64,000 nt of DNA from Leptonemataceae bacterium. Its GTDB lineage: Bacteria > Spirochaetota > Leptospiria > Leptospirales > Leptonemataceae. Positions within the stretch are counted from its first letter, which is position 1. Every line of letters starts with the position of its first letter. Where the stretch lies: the NCBI GenBank assembly GCA_965227295.1, contig OZ245742.1, positions 5,344,001 through 5,408,000 of the forward strand, written 5' to 3'. Of this stretch, positions 50,466 to 58,970 are shown in pieces. The notes under the pieces are model-generated. The model had not been told where the DNA came from. It searched no databases and worked only from the letters and a program-made list of their open reading frames with translations. A program made the translations under genes and the position numbers.

Positions 50466-51506
50466 ATGCCCCCGCCCGATCCAGCCCGTTTTCCCCTCAT
50501 TGCCGGGCTGGGGCTGAACACCGCCGACCGCCTCCTGCTGGAGTACTGGCTCTCCGGCCCGCCGGAAGTCCGCTTTCACGACGGCGACGTCCAGCCGGGC
50601 CTGCTCCAGCGCGGCCACCATGCCTTCCTCGCGGCCTCCGAGGCCGTTGTCCAGGATCTCATGCAGCTCTATCGGCCGCTGCTGCTGATCGCCCGCCCGC
50701 CCGGGGGAGACCCTCAGTACTTCGAGCGGCTCTTTGGGCTCGGCGTGGCCGCGGTCTGGACCCCGCCCCCGCCCGGGGATACAGTCTACTTCCCGGCCGT
50801 GAACGCGGCGGCGACACCGGAGCGCCGGCCCACGGCCTTCCTCATCGAAGACGATCCGGTCTTTCGTTCGGTGTTCCGGCAGATGCTCTACTTCGCGGGT
50901 TACGATGTGCGCGCGGACCAGCAATCCCTGGAGTACTTCGTGGAAAGCAGCGCGACTGCGAGCGGCGATGCGAAAAACGGTACCACGGCGGACGATATGC
51001 CCGCGCTGATTCTGGCGAACCTCGACACCGACCGCCTGGACATCCCGGAGTTTTTTTACCGACTACAGCGCGGCCTCAGCCGCAGCCCGACACGCAAACC
51101 GCGCATCCTGCTCATGAAAGATTTCGATCGGCCGGGCCTCGACGTGCGCACCATCGCGGCCGCCCTGCGCCCGCACGCCCGCCGCATCTTTCACCCGCGC
51201 GAAGCCGTTTTGGTGTTGATTGAAGCGCTGTTTCTATGCGGGCCCCCCGAAGCATCTGCGGCCACCGACGATCCGGCAAAGGGATTCAAGTCCGCGGCAA
51301 CGCTGTTCAGCCGACCGTTTCGCCCGCTTGACGAATTGCTGCACGGGCCGAACGTCTACCTGCGCGAGGAAGCACCGCCGGCCCCGGGCGACACCGACCG
51401 GGCTTACCGACGCGGCCTGCCGTTTTTCTGGTTGTATGATTTACTGCGCGCGGGAGCCGGCCGGGGCGCCGTACTCGCGGAACGCGACGGACCGGGCGCT
51501 CACTGA
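50466..51506 (+). CDS. Hypothetical protein with pseudo-receiver domain
   Basis: FLIEDDPVFRSVFRQML..AGYDV..PALILANL; Asn at the expected phospho-Asp position. Confidence 0.6.
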   Translation: MPPPDPARFPLIAGLGLNTADRLLLEYWLSGPPEVRFHDGDVQPGLLQRGHHAFLAASEAVVQDLMQLYRPLLLIARPPGGDPQYFERLFGLGVAAVWTPPPPGDTVYFPAVNAAATPERRPTAFLIEDDPVFRSVFRQMLYFAGYDVRADQQSLEYFVESSATASGDAKNGTTADDMPALILANLDTDRLDIPEFFYRLQRGLSRSPTRKPRILLMKDFDRPGLDVRTIAAALRPHARRIFHPREAVLVLIEALFLCGPPEASAATDDPAKGFKSAATLFSRPFRPLDELLHGPNVYLREEAPPAPGDTDRAYRRGLPFFWLYDLLRAGAGRGAVLAERDGPGAH

Positions 51507-51566
51507 CATCACTCCGCTAACTTACTATTGCAAACAGTCAGCCATCATAACACAAGGAGCACAAAC

Positions 51567-52367
51567 ATGAGCGACACCGAATCTTCCGAACTGATTAAAA
51601 CCGAGCGCCGCGGCAGCATTCTGCTGATCGGCTTCAATCGACCGAAAGAGCGCAATGCGTTCAACACAAACATGCTGCGACAGTTGAGCGACGCCTACAC
51701 GTTGCTGAACAACGATCCTGAGTTACGTTGCGGTGTCGTGTATGCCGAGGGTATGCAATTCACCCTGGGCCTGGACCTGCCGGACGTTACGGCGTCCCTG
51801 GAAAAACACGGCCAACTGCCGCTGCCCGACGGCAACATCGATCCCTGGGGCATTGTCGGTCCGCTACGCACCACGCCGGTGGTCGTGGCCGCTCACGGCC
51901 TCGTCATTACGCTGGGCATTGAGCTCATGCTCGCGGCGGACATTCGCATCTGCGCGGGGCGGACGAACTTCGGGCAAATCGAAGTGCAGCGCGGCATCAT
52001 GCCTTTCGGCGGCGCGACGACGCGTTTTCCGGCGACGGCAGGCTGGGGCAACGCCATGCGTTACATCTTAACCGGCGACGCCTTCGATGCAGCGGAGGCC
52101 TATCGCATCGGCCTGGTGCAGGAGGTCGTGGAAAAGAAGGCGGACCTGCTCGAGCGCGCCATGGAACTGGCGGAGGCCGTCGCCGCCCAGGCGCCGCTGG
52201 CCGTGCAGGCCTCGATTGAGATGGCACGCAAGGCGCAGCTCGAAGGTGAGGCCGCCGCGGCCCGGGCCCTGCTGCCGAAGACCCTGGAACTCATGGCTAC
52301 CGCGGACGCCGAAGAAGGCCGCCGCTCCTTCGTGGAGAAACGCCAGGCGGAGTTCAAGGGCCGTTGA
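51567..52367 (+). CDS. Crotonase/enoyl-CoA hydratase family protein
   Basis: NRPKERNAF, FTLGLDL, GIELMLAADI, EVQRGIMPFGG; AAGGAG RBS. Confidence 0.92.
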   Translation: MSDTESSELIKTERRGSILLIGFNRPKERNAFNTNMLRQLSDAYTLLNNDPELRCGVVYAEGMQFTLGLDLPDVTASLEKHGQLPLPDGNIDPWGIVGPLRTTPVVVAAHGLVITLGIELMLAADIRICAGRTNFGQIEVQRGIMPFGGATTRFPATAGWGNAMRYILTGDAFDAAEAYRIGLVQEVVEKKADLLERAMELAEAVAAQAPLAVQASIEMARKAQLEGEAAAARALLPKTLELMATADAEEGRRSFVEKRQAEFKGR

Positions 52368-52396
52368 ATCACACTAACTGTTAGCAAAATACTCTT

Positions 52397-53335
52397 ATGA
52401 ACGAAACCGAAATCATAGCACTCTTTCATCCGGGCGCCGACGTCCACAGCCTGAGCGACAGCGGACCGCTGCCCCCGCCCCACAGCAACATCCTGGTCAG
52501 CACCGACGCCATGATCGAAGGCACGCACTTTCGCCGGGACTGGTCTTCCCCCGAAGACGTGGCCGTGAAACTCTTTCACGTCAATCTTTCGGACATCGCC
52601 GCCGGCGGAGCCGATCCGGAGTGGTGCACGCTGAATGCCGGCGTCCCCGCCGAAGCCGGCGACGAATTCCTGCGGCGTTTCGCCCGGGCCTTCCGGGCGG
52701 AACTGGAACGTTACAGCTGCAAACTCGTGGGCGGCGATACCTTTCGCTCCCCGGTCTACATGTTCAGCGTTACCATGGGCGGCGGGTCCCAGCGTTTTCT
52801 CGGCCGCGACGGCGGCCGGGTCGGCGACCGGCTCTACGTTACGGGCAATCTCGGCCTGTCCGGCGCCGGCTACAAACATCTACTGAATGAACGTTTGCTG
52901 GAAGCCGGTACCGGGCGCGAGGCCGCCCTGGAGAAACATCGCCGTCCCCGGGCGCGCTACGACTGGGCGAAGATCTTGCGCAGCACGTCGGCGGTACACG
53001 CCCTCATGGACGTGAGTGACGGCCTGCTGGCCGACGCGCGGCGCCTGGCCGCGGCGAGCGGGGTGACGATTGAAATCGAGGTGGACCGCATTCCCGTTCC
53101 GCGGAACCTGGTAGAGATCGAACGCTACCCGGACGCGCTGTTGAGCGGCGAAGAGCTGGAGCTGTTGTTCCTCGGCGAGGACGATCTGCGCTTCGAGTTT
53201 CCGTGCACGGACATCGGCTGTGCCGTGGCACCGGCGGAGTCCGGCGACAACGACGGCCGGCGCGGCAGGGTTCGCCTGCGCGACGGAGACGGCCGCGCGC
53301 TGGAGCTCCCCGGCGGCGAGTTCGAGCACTTTTGA
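52397..53335 (+). CDS. thiL: Thiamine-monophosphate kinase
   Basis: STDAMIEGTHF, VNLSDIAAGG, VGGDT, MDVSDGL, SGEELELL. Confidence 0.92.
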   Translation: MNETEIIALFHPGADVHSLSDSGPLPPPHSNILVSTDAMIEGTHFRRDWSSPEDVAVKLFHVNLSDIAAGGADPEWCTLNAGVPAEAGDEFLRRFARAFRAELERYSCKLVGGDTFRSPVYMFSVTMGGGSQRFLGRDGGRVGDRLYVTGNLGLSGAGYKHLLNERLLEAGTGREAALEKHRRPRARYDWAKILRSTSAVHALMDVSDGLLADARRLAAASGVTIEIEVDRIPVPRNLVEIERYPDALLSGEELELLFLGEDDLRFEFPCTDIGCAVAPAESGDNDGRRGRVRLRDGDGRALELPGGEFEHF

Positions 53336-53365
53336 TTTGAAACCTCACCGTTTTTGGAACCTGGA

Positions 53366-55258
53366 ATGCCCCAAAAAACCGCAACCCGAATCATCATGCT
53401 AACTTTTGTTTGTATGATGTTAACCGAATCCGCCGGAGCCGCGCCGCAGAACGCCCCGGCCCTCAACGCAGAGCAGCTCCGCGTATTCTTCGAAGCGGAA
53501 GTTCCCCGGCTCATGCAGGAGCGCAATCTCGCCGGACTTACGATCGCCGCGGGACTCGGCGGGGAGGTGTCCTACACGGGCGGCTTCGGCTATGCGAACA
53601 TCGCCGACGAGATTCCGGTGGACCCGGAACGAACGCTGTTTCGCGCGGGCTCGGTTTCGAAGCTGTTCGTCTGGCGCAGCGTCATGCGGTTGGTGGAAGC
53701 CGGCGAACTCGACCTCGATGAGGACGTAAACGTCTATCTTGCCCGGGGCGGCGAGTTCCGCATTCCGGATACGTTCCCCGAGCCGATCACCCTGCGTCAC
53801 CTCATGCATCACACGGCGGGATTTGAAGATCGCCTGATCGGCCTGTTTACGAAAGACCCGGAACGTACCGTAGACCTGAAGACCGCCGCCACCGAAAACG
53901 TGCCGCTGCGCGTGCGACCGCCGGGCGGGCCGCCGGCATACTCAAATTACGGTTCGACCCTGGCCGCGTACATCGTGCAGGTCGTGAGCGAGGAACCGTT
54001 CGCCGCCTATGTCGATCGCACGATCTTTACGCCGCTGCGCATGGAACGCTCCACGTTCGCGCAGCCCGGCAACGATCCCCGCGGCGCATTTGCCGAACTC
54101 AAACAGAATCTGGCCGAAGGTTACGTACCCCTGGGGGACGGCGACTTTCAGGCCGAGGAGTTTGAGATCGTTCAGGACGCGCCGGCGGGTGCCCTGTCCA
54201 CCACGGCGACGGATCTGCTAATATTTCTTCAAAACAGCTTAAGCAGCGGTGAAACGGAAGGCTGGCTGAACCTCGGCCGAAACGGCGAACGGATCCTCGG
54301 CCACGCGGGCAATACGATCTACTTCAACAGCCAGGCACTGATCCTGCCCGAGCGGGGTCTCGCCGTCTTCTTCTCGAACAACACGGCCGGCGGCGGCCTC
54401 GCAAACATGGAGCTGACCGATCGTTTCTTGAATCACTTCTTTCCCGCCCCGGACGGCCGCGCCGTTTTCCGGAGCAAAGGTCTGAACATCAGCCAGGCCG
54501 GGCTGGAACAGTACTACGGCCACTACTCGGCAAACCGTCGACCCGAGGACGAGATCACAAAGATCGTCTCGCTCTTCACCTCGACGTATGTGCGCGCGCC
54601 TTCGGAGGCGACCGCGGGTGAAACCCCCGACGGTGCTCCCCGCGGTGATGATGCGGACGCCGCCCTGCCCGGCATCGAAATCTTCGACATCTTTCACGGT
54701 GAGTACGTCTTCGCCGTACCGGTGGGCGACGGCGTCTTTCAGGAGGCGCGGGGCCAGCGACGCTACCGCTTTCTCCCGAACTCCGGCGGCATCATCTTCG
54801 AAGAACTGCCGGTGTTCACGCTGGTTCCGCCGCCGTGGTACGAATTCCCGCCGCTGCACTACTCGATTCTTTTTTCGATGGTGAGCGTGATTCTCACCGC
54901 ACTGATCTTTCGGCCCACGGGTCTGCTGACGCTCCTGCCCCGCGGGAGATTTCAGCATACTCCGGACAACGACGCCCGCATCGCCGCGCGCCTGGCCCTG
55001 GGGACGATCCTCGGTTACGTCGCGTTCCTGCTGGTCGGAGCCTTAACTGCCGGTGATTTTATCTTTGTGCAGCCGGCCGCATGGCCGTTCGCGATTCCGT
55101 TCATCGCCCTGATTCTAAATCTCGGGGCCCTGGCGTACCTGTTTCCGGTGTGGTCGCGCTCGTTCTGGACGGCGGCGTCCCGCGTGCACTATACGATCCT
55201 GGTTCTCGTGCCGCTGCCGTTCTTCTGGTTTCTGTACTTCTGGAATTTGACTTTGTAA
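53366..55258 (+). CDS. Serine hydrolase (beta-lactamase family) with C-terminal TM anchor
   Basis: Intact GSVSKLF (SxxK), YSNYG (YxN) and GHAG; four C-terminal TM segments. Confidence 0.9.
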   Translation: MPQKTATRIIMLTFVCMMLTESAGAAPQNAPALNAEQLRVFFEAEVPRLMQERNLAGLTIAAGLGGEVSYTGGFGYANIADEIPVDPERTLFRAGSVSKLFVWRSVMRLVEAGELDLDEDVNVYLARGGEFRIPDTFPEPITLRHLMHHTAGFEDRLIGLFTKDPERTVDLKTAATENVPLRVRPPGGPPAYSNYGSTLAAYIVQVVSEEPFAAYVDRTIFTPLRMERSTFAQPGNDPRGAFAELKQNLAEGYVPLGDGDFQAEEFEIVQDAPAGALSTTATDLLIFLQNSLSSGETEGWLNLGRNGERILGHAGNTIYFNSQALILPERGLAVFFSNNTAGGGLANMELTDRFLNHFFPAPDGRAVFRSKGLNISQAGLEQYYGHYSANRRPEDEITKIVSLFTSTYVRAPSEATAGETPDGAPRGDDADAALPGIEIFDIFHGEYVFAVPVGDGVFQEARGQRRYRFLPNSGGIIFEELPVFTLVPPPWYEFPPLHYSILFSMVSVILTALIFRPTGLLTLLPRGRFQHTPDNDARIAARLALGTILGYVAFLLVGALTAGDFIFVQPAAWPFAIPFIALILNLGALAYLFPVWSRSFWTAASRVHYTILVLVPLPFFWFLYFWNLTL

Positions 55259-55923
55259 TGATGGCCATCCTGCGCGCGAAGATTCTGCGCTCCGTGCTGG
55301 CGCCGCTGTGTTTCGCCGTGCTGTGCAATCAGTGCGTGAGCCGCACGGAAGATCCGCTCACGGAGCTGTTCCCGGCGGTGATCATGGCGCAGGTCCAGCA
55401 GGTCTTGATCATCGGGGACTCGCTCACGGATTTCTCGGACGGTTTTTATCTACAACAATCCCTGGGGCCCGGCTATATCGTGCAGCATACCGGGATCATC
55501 AATACGGACTTTAACTACTGGACGGGGCGCCTGGACGAGGCCCTGTCCCGTGCCACGTTTGCGCCGCCGGCCCATGTGATCGTACCGCTGGGTACCAACG
55601 ACGCCTTTGTCCTGGGACCGGAGGCCTTCGTGGACCGCGTACAGGTATTTCACCGCGAACTGCGGTTGCGTTCGTCGGCGCGGGTGTACTACTTTCTGAT
55701 GCCGGTGACGTTAATCCCATCTCTGGAACCGTCGCTGCGTGAAAACAACGCGGCCCTGTCCGCCCATGTACCGGGTGACAACACGGTCCTGGTCGATCTT
55801 ATGAGTGAGTTTGATGGGGCACCGGCGGTCCCGGCCCTCTACGATGCGGCCGACCCGCTGCATCCTACGGAAACCGGCTATCGCCTGATCGGGGCCCGCA
55901 TGCGCAACGCCCTGCTGCGATAA
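55258..55923 (+). CDS. SGNH/GDSL hydrolase
   Basis: IIGDSLT, LGTND, DPLHP..GY. Confidence 0.9.
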   Translation: MMAILRAKILRSVLAPLCFAVLCNQCVSRTEDPLTELFPAVIMAQVQQVLIIGDSLTDFSDGFYLQQSLGPGYIVQHTGIINTDFNYWTGRLDEALSRATFAPPAHVIVPLGTNDAFVLGPEAFVDRVQVFHRELRLRSSARVYYFLMPVTLIPSLEPSLRENNAALSAHVPGDNTVLVDLMSEFDGAPAVPALYDAADPLHPTETGYRLIGARMRNALLR

Positions 55924-55955
55924 AAGCCGGGCGCAGTGGTACAGGTTCGGCTTTT
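55922..55955 (+). terminator. Possible intrinsic terminator
   Basis: AAAAGCCG...CGGCTTTT inverted repeat at the SGNH stop, although the loop is large. Confidence 0.4.
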
Positions 55956-55965
55956 GGGAATTTCA

Positions 55966-55994
55966 TTGCAATTTCCGGGTTTCGTCGCCACCAT
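55966..55994 (+). promoter_or_regulatory. Candidate sigma70 promoter for fur
   Basis: TTGCAA-17 nt-CACCAT, 6 nt upstream of the GTG start. Confidence 0.4.
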
Positions 55995-56000
55995 GGAGCC

Positions 56001-56516
56001 GTGAGTTCCTCGCAACAACCCGCGGTCGACATCCACAAGCAGTTGGCGAATTTTTCTAACTACTTAAAGAAAAAAGGGCTGAAAATCACCAGTCAACGCC
56101 TCCTGGTTGCCGAGAAAATCTTCGGCATGGATTCCCACTTCACCGTGGATTCCCTGGCGGAGTCGCTCAAGGACCGGCGCAACGAAATCTCGCGCGCCAC
56201 CATCTACCGCATCGTTTCCGTCATGGTCGAAGCGGATCTGCTCACGGAACACAATTTCGGGCAAAACGCTCGCTACTACGAACACATCCCCGGACAGCAG
56301 CACCACGACCACATCCTGTGCCTGGACTGCGGACGCATCGACGAATTCGTGAACCCGGAAATCGAACAACTTCAGGTTAAGATGGCCGGCGAATTCGGGC
56401 ACACCCTGGCCGATCACTCGCTGAACCTGTACGGTCGCTGTAAGGCGTGGGCCGCGAACGGAGAATGCGAGCGGCGCAACACCACGGAGATCGTCGACGA
56501 ACTTGCGGATTCATGA
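56001..56516 (+). CDS. fur: Fur family transcriptional regulator
   Basis: GLKITSQR, ISRATIYR, HHDHILCLDCGRIDEF, YGRC. Confidence 0.92.
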   Translation: MSSSQQPAVDIHKQLANFSNYLKKKGLKITSQRLLVAEKIFGMDSHFTVDSLAESLKDRRNEISRATIYRIVSVMVEADLLTEHNFGQNARYYEHIPGQQHHDHILCLDCGRIDEFVNPEIEQLQVKMAGEFGHTLADHSLNLYGRCKAWAANGECERRNTTEIVDELADS

Positions 56517-58189
56517 GTGACACCGGTTCCACGGGCGCGCCCGCGACTCTCGGTGCCGCCTTTCTCGATCAACTCCAACAGGCCCCGCGGCATACGGCCA
56601 TCCACGATCCCGGCGGATCTATGAATCGAATCATGCTTGGTGCCGTGGCACTGGGCGTCCGCGATCTTCTGGAACGGGAAGTGTTCGCGCCGCGAGTCGG
56701 TGTGATGTTGCCGCCGGGCCGGGGCGGAGCGGTGGTGAACCTGGCGCTCGCCCTCGCCGGCCGCACGTCGGTGAACCTGAATCACACGGCCGGCGAGGCG
56801 CAATTGCGGCGGATGACGGAGATCGCCGGGCTCACGACGATCATCACGGCGCAAAAGTACCTGGATAAAATCAACATCGCTCCGGAAGACCTTCCCGGTC
56901 GCGTGCTGCTGGCGGACGTGGATCTCTTGCCGCACCTATCGAAGCTACAAACGCTCGGGCGTATGGCGCGGCTGCGTATGACCGGCGCACGCGGTCTGCA
57001 ACGCCTGGATCATGCCGCGGCAGATGCTGTGGCCACGGTTTTGTTTTCGTCGGGCACCACCGGCGATCCGAAGGGCATTCAGCTTACTCACGCTCAGATC
57101 CTGGCGAACATCCGCTCGGTGCACGCCGCCCTGGACCTGCACGACGGGCATGTCCTGCTTTCGGCCCTGCCGCTCTTTCACAGCTTCGGCCTGGTGCCGG
57201 GAATGTGGCTGCCGCTAACAACCGGGGTGACCCTGGCGGGCTTTCCAAACCCGCGCGATCCGGCCGGCTTCGGTAAACTTGCCGAACAAACATCTTCCAC
57301 GTGCATGTTAAGCACGCCCACGTTTTGCCGTCAGTATCTCAAAAAGATTCCGGCGCATCGTTTCGCGACGCTGCAGTTCGCCGTGGTGGGCGCCGAAAAA
57401 TGTCCGGCGGAACTCAAATCATCTTTCTACGAACACTTCCGCGCCCATCTTCTGGAAGGCTATGGATGCACCGAGCTTGCCCCGGTCGTGTCAACGAATC
57501 TCCTGGATTCGCATGTGCGCGGTCGCCATGCAAGCGGCGCCCGCGACGGCTCCGTGGGCCGCGCGTTGCCGAACATCGAGGTGCTGATCGTGGATCCGGA
57601 AACTCTGGAGGATGTTCCGCGCGGCGAAGAAGGGCTGATCATTGTGCGGAGCCCGGCCCGGATGCTCGGTTATCTCGGGCGGGAGGATCTGACGGCGAAA
57701 GCCTTTGTACGGGGCGGCTACAATACCGGCGACATCGGCCGTATGGATGAAGACAGCTTTCTGTTCATTACCGGCCGGCTCGCGCGTTTCGCCAAGATCG
57801 GCGGCGAAATGATCCCGCTGGATACGATCGAAGATCATATGCAATCCTGGCTGGAACGCAAGTTTGCCGCGCGCAGCACGGCTGCCGGCGACGGCGGGTT
57901 GGCTGCCGGCGATAACTCGACGGCCGACGAATCACCGGCGTGGGAAGTGGCAATTACTGCCGTACCGGATTCATCGAAAGGGGAACGCCTGATCGTGTTG
58001 CACACCGGCCTGCCGTGTTCCGAGGCGGAGGCTTTACAGGCCCTCGCCGACTTTCCACCACTCTTCCGGCCGCGGGCGCGAGACTTCTTTCGCGTGGACG
58101 AGATTCCGGTACTGGGCACGGGCAAGCGGAATCTCAAGGCCGTGAAAGAACTCGCCGTTCAAATTGCAGCGGAACCGGCGAGGAACTAG
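56513..58189 (+). CDS. AMP-binding enzyme resembling the Aas acyl-ACP synthetase domain
   Basis: FSSGTTGDPKG, LPLFHSFG, EGYGCTE, YNTGDIG, GRLARFAKIGGEM, LGTGK. Confidence 0.88.
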   Translation: MSDTGSTGAPATLGAAFLDQLQQAPRHTAIHDPGGSMNRIMLGAVALGVRDLLEREVFAPRVGVMLPPGRGGAVVNLALALAGRTSVNLNHTAGEAQLRRMTEIAGLTTIITAQKYLDKINIAPEDLPGRVLLADVDLLPHLSKLQTLGRMARLRMTGARGLQRLDHAAADAVATVLFSSGTTGDPKGIQLTHAQILANIRSVHAALDLHDGHVLLSALPLFHSFGLVPGMWLPLTTGVTLAGFPNPRDPAGFGKLAEQTSSTCMLSTPTFCRQYLKKIPAHRFATLQFAVVGAEKCPAELKSSFYEHFRAHLLEGYGCTELAPVVSTNLLDSHVRGRHASGARDGSVGRALPNIEVLIVDPETLEDVPRGEEGLIIVRSPARMLGYLGREDLTAKAFVRGGYNTGDIGRMDEDSFLFITGRLARFAKIGGEMIPLDTIEDHMQSWLERKFAARSTAAGDGGLAAGDNSTADESPAWEVAITAVPDSSKGERLIVLHTGLPCSEAEALQALADFPPLFRPRARDFFRVDEIPVLGTGKRNLKAVKELAVQIAAEPARN

Positions 58190-58809
58190 TCGAACCCGTT
58201 GAATTTCTCCGGATATAGTATGTACTTGAGGCGAATGTTGCCGGGCAGTTGTTTTTCCGGCCGCGCTCGGAGACCAAGGTGCTTTTCGTACCGGTTCTGG
58301 TCTATGTACACGCGACTGCGGTATTCCAAATAGCCCGGGTTTGTGAAATCATAGTAGTGGAGTCCTTTTGTAGGAACTCCTACAAAAGCAGACTCATCCC
58401 CTGGATCCAGGTCTTTCTCTACCAGCCACACGAACAGGTGCGCACGCGACACCCCAACATAGCTCGCCCAAAGACCAAGCTCCATCCAGAACTCATTGTC
58501 CACCCGGACACAATAGCGGCGAAGTTCCTGACCGGGCTTCTGATAGCGAGTCTTCAGAGATCCCGACTGCATGATCTCACCTTCCAGGCACGCCCGGCGA
58601 AAATCACGCAAAAGCACGAAGAGATACACACCCTGACGACGGCGAAACGATAACAGCCGCTCTCGAAACTGCGCATCAATGCGACGCGGAATCAACAGCG
58701 TAACCGGGGTCGCGGCCGGATGAGTTCCCATCCCGCGCACAAAATCGCGTTCCGGCTCATATCGCGTCGGAGGGAAAACGACGGAGCGTTTGTGAATCAG
58801 ATGGTCCAT
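58186..58809 (-). CDS. DUF1564-like protein (Leptospira-type)
   Basis: VTLLIP, KTRYQ, W.ELG..A...GVSR..LFVWL..D and GVPT, recognised from memory of the family; GGAG RBS. Confidence 0.75.
   Translation of the reverse strand: MDHLIHKRSVVFPPTRYEPERDFVRGMGTHPAATPVTLLIPRRIDAQFRERLLSFRRRQGVYLFVLLRDFRRACLEGEIMQSGSLKTRYQKPGQELRRYCVRVDNEFWMELGLWASYVGVSRAHLFVWLVEKDLDPGDESAFVGVPTKGLHYYDFTNPGYLEYRSRVYIDQNRYEKHLGLRARPEKQLPGNIRLKYILYPEKFNGFD
58365..58388. repeat. 24-bp palindrome inside the DUF1564 gene
   Basis: CTTTTGTAGGA-AC-TCCTACAAAAG; the two 11-bp arms are perfect inverted repeats. Confidence 0.9.
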
Positions 58810-58970
58810 GTGATTTCTCCCTGGCCGCAAAGAGGCCGCAACACGTAACAGTCCAAAAACGCGAATCGTTCCGCGCTTTTTTGCACGACCCCCGGAATTT
58901 CGAAAAAAAATCGCGCGGGGCGCCGGGCGATAAGAAGATGCCCGCAACCACTAAGGCGTAAGAGTATACG

